From NCBI GenBank assembly GCA_029239355.1, contig JAQZAZ010000008.1, positions 24,197 to 88,196 of the forward strand: a stretch of DNA of 64,000 nucleotides, written 5' to 3'. A model generated the notes under the pieces. The model saw only the letters and a program-made list of their open reading frames with translations. It did no database searches and was not told the DNA's origin. Position 1 is the first letter of the stretch. Each line of letters starts with the position of its first letter. The DNA comes from Sphingobacterium sp. (GTDB lineage Bacteria > Bacteroidota > Bacteroidia > Sphingobacteriales > Sphingobacteriaceae). A program made the translations under genes and the position numbers. Of this stretch, positions 62,806-64,000 are shown one piece after another.

Positions 62806-63390
62806 ATGGATGCTACCGCAGAAAATAAGCTAATGATTTCGCTTTCCCAAGGAGACGAACACTCTTTTTTTGCTTTATATGAGCATTACAGTCATGCCCT
62901 ATTTTCCAATGTTTTTCGAATGGTCAAAGATAGGCAAGTCAGTGAAGAGATCGTACAAGATGTATTTCTAAAAGTCTGGCAAAAGAGATCCACCATTGAT
63001 CCGAATCGAAACTTTAAGTCTTGGATTTTTACAATAGCTAAAAATGATGTGATTTCGTGGTATAGGAAATTAGCAAAAGAAATCACGCTTCAAGAAAACT
63101 TATACCAACATTTCGAGCACCTCTATGTCATGGAAAAAGAGGGCGATATTCAAGAAAAGCAGGCGGCGTTATTAGAACGAGCACTCAATACCTTAAGCGA
63201 GCGCAGAAAAGAAATCTTTATTTTATGTAAAATAGAGCAGAAAAGTTATGAGGAAGTTGCTCAGAAATTAAATATATCCGTATCTACGGTGAGCAATTCC
63301 ATGGTCAAATCCAATCAACATATTCGCCAATTTGTACAGGATCACTATGATGAGATTTTGGTAATTCTTGTTACATTCTATTTTTTTTAA
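62806..63390 (+). CDS. ECF sigma-70 factor (Bacteroidota FecI-like)
   Basis: GDEHSFFALYEHY, EEIVQDVFLKVW, FKSWIFTIAKN and region 4 (LSERRKEIFIL..SYEEVAQKLNISVSTV). ATG 62806 is preferred over GTG 62764. Confidence 0.93.
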   Translation: MDATAENKLMISLSQGDEHSFFALYEHYSHALFSNVFRMVKDRQVSEEIVQDVFLKVWQKRSTIDPNRNFKSWIFTIAKNDVISWYRKLAKEITLQENLYQHFEHLYVMEKEGDIQEKQAALLERALNTLSERRKEIFILCKIEQKSYEEVAQKLNISVSTVSNSMVKSNQHIRQFVQDHYDEILVILVTFYFF

Positions 63391-63446
63391 AAAAAATAAG
63401 ATAACGATAGTGTTTTTGCTAATAAGTTGCGTATTAACTTATAGAT

Positions 63447-64000
63447 ATGGCAAAGAAAATAGAAAATATTTACAAGAGCTATTTAGATGGAAGTATCAAT
63501 CGTGTTGATCTCGATAAGTTGCTACACTATTTTGAGAAAGCCACCGATGGTGAGTTGGAAGGTCTTACTTCCTTCGCTTCAAACGACATTGAAGAAGATC
63601 AAATCGAGCGACCATTTGCTTCGCATATCGCGATCATTAGAGAACGACTGGAAAAGAGGTTGAATGAATCTAAGAAGAAACCTATTCGTTTAAGACAGCA
63701 ACAGAAATGGTGGGTTGCCGCTTCCATTCTATTGGTAGCGGGATTAGCGACTTGGTTTTATCTAGGACAAGGCGCAAAGAGTTCCGATGTTGCTGGGCCA
63801 TCAGAATCTATTTTATATGTCAAGGATAGGTCTGGAAAACAAATAGCCATTTTACCAAAGACTGATTCTGTATGGGAAATAGGTGATATCGCGTTTTCTC
63901 GTATTGACAGTCAAACAGTGAAAGTAATCGCTAGAGGCAAGAATCCAAGTTTGCAAACGATATACACTCCCAATTCGGACTTTAGGCTTGTTTTGGAAGA
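63447..64000 (+). CDS. FecR-family anti-sigma factor, 3'-truncated by window end (not in ORF track)
   Basis: My translation gives MAKKIENIYKSYLDG...KWWVAASILLVAGLATWFYL (single TM helix), open to the window edge and directly downstream of the ECF sigma. Confidence 0.82.
   Translation, partial: MAKKIENIYKSYLDGSINRVDLDKLLHYFEKATDGELEGLTSFASNDIEEDQIERPFASHIAIIRERLEKRLNESKKKPIRLRQQQKWWVAASILLVAGLATWFYLGQGAKSSDVAGPSESILYVKDRSGKQIAILPKTDSVWEIGDIAFSRIDSQTVKVIARGKNPSLQTIYTPNSDFRLVLE

Overview
A Bacteroidota genome segment (Sphingobacterium-like gene style; taxonomy inferred, not verified) that is almost entirely one + strand carbohydrate-utilisation supercluster. Bases 1-45.3 kb resemble a rhamnogalacturonan-II (RG-II) polysaccharide utilisation locus: one SusC/SusD pair with a GH33-like sialidase-fold enzyme, a CE19-like esterase, GH28, two GH78, GH137, two GH2, GH141, GH106, a GH127 carrying the aceric-acidase Glu-to-Gln signature, a SASA esterase and a GH95-like enzyme. 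Next come an L-rhamnose catabolic operon (rhaT-rhaEW-rhaI-rhaK), an unclassified beta-propeller protein, a second cassette (CE12, GH51, GH115, GH43, SASA) and the start of an ECF sigma/FecR pair. The most unusual part is embedded in the PUL at 16.5-30.4 kb. A GH141 fused to a mutarotase-like domain is followed by a Gfo/Idh/MocA oxidoreductase and a Na+/solute symporter. After these comes an IclR-divergent, tightly coupled operon of two signal-less solute-binding-fold proteins, two class III CoA-transferases, a second Gfo/Idh/MocA enzyme, a MaoC dehydratase and FucP. I propose this is an undescribed CoA-dependent catabolic route for a rare RG-II product; candidates are the 2-O-Me-Xyl-alpha-1,3-Fuc disaccharide, 2-O-Me-fucose or aceric acid. 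All family calls come from motifs read by eye and recalled family knowledge; no HMM or BLAST search was run. I saw no rRNA, tRNA, CRISPR or mobile element.
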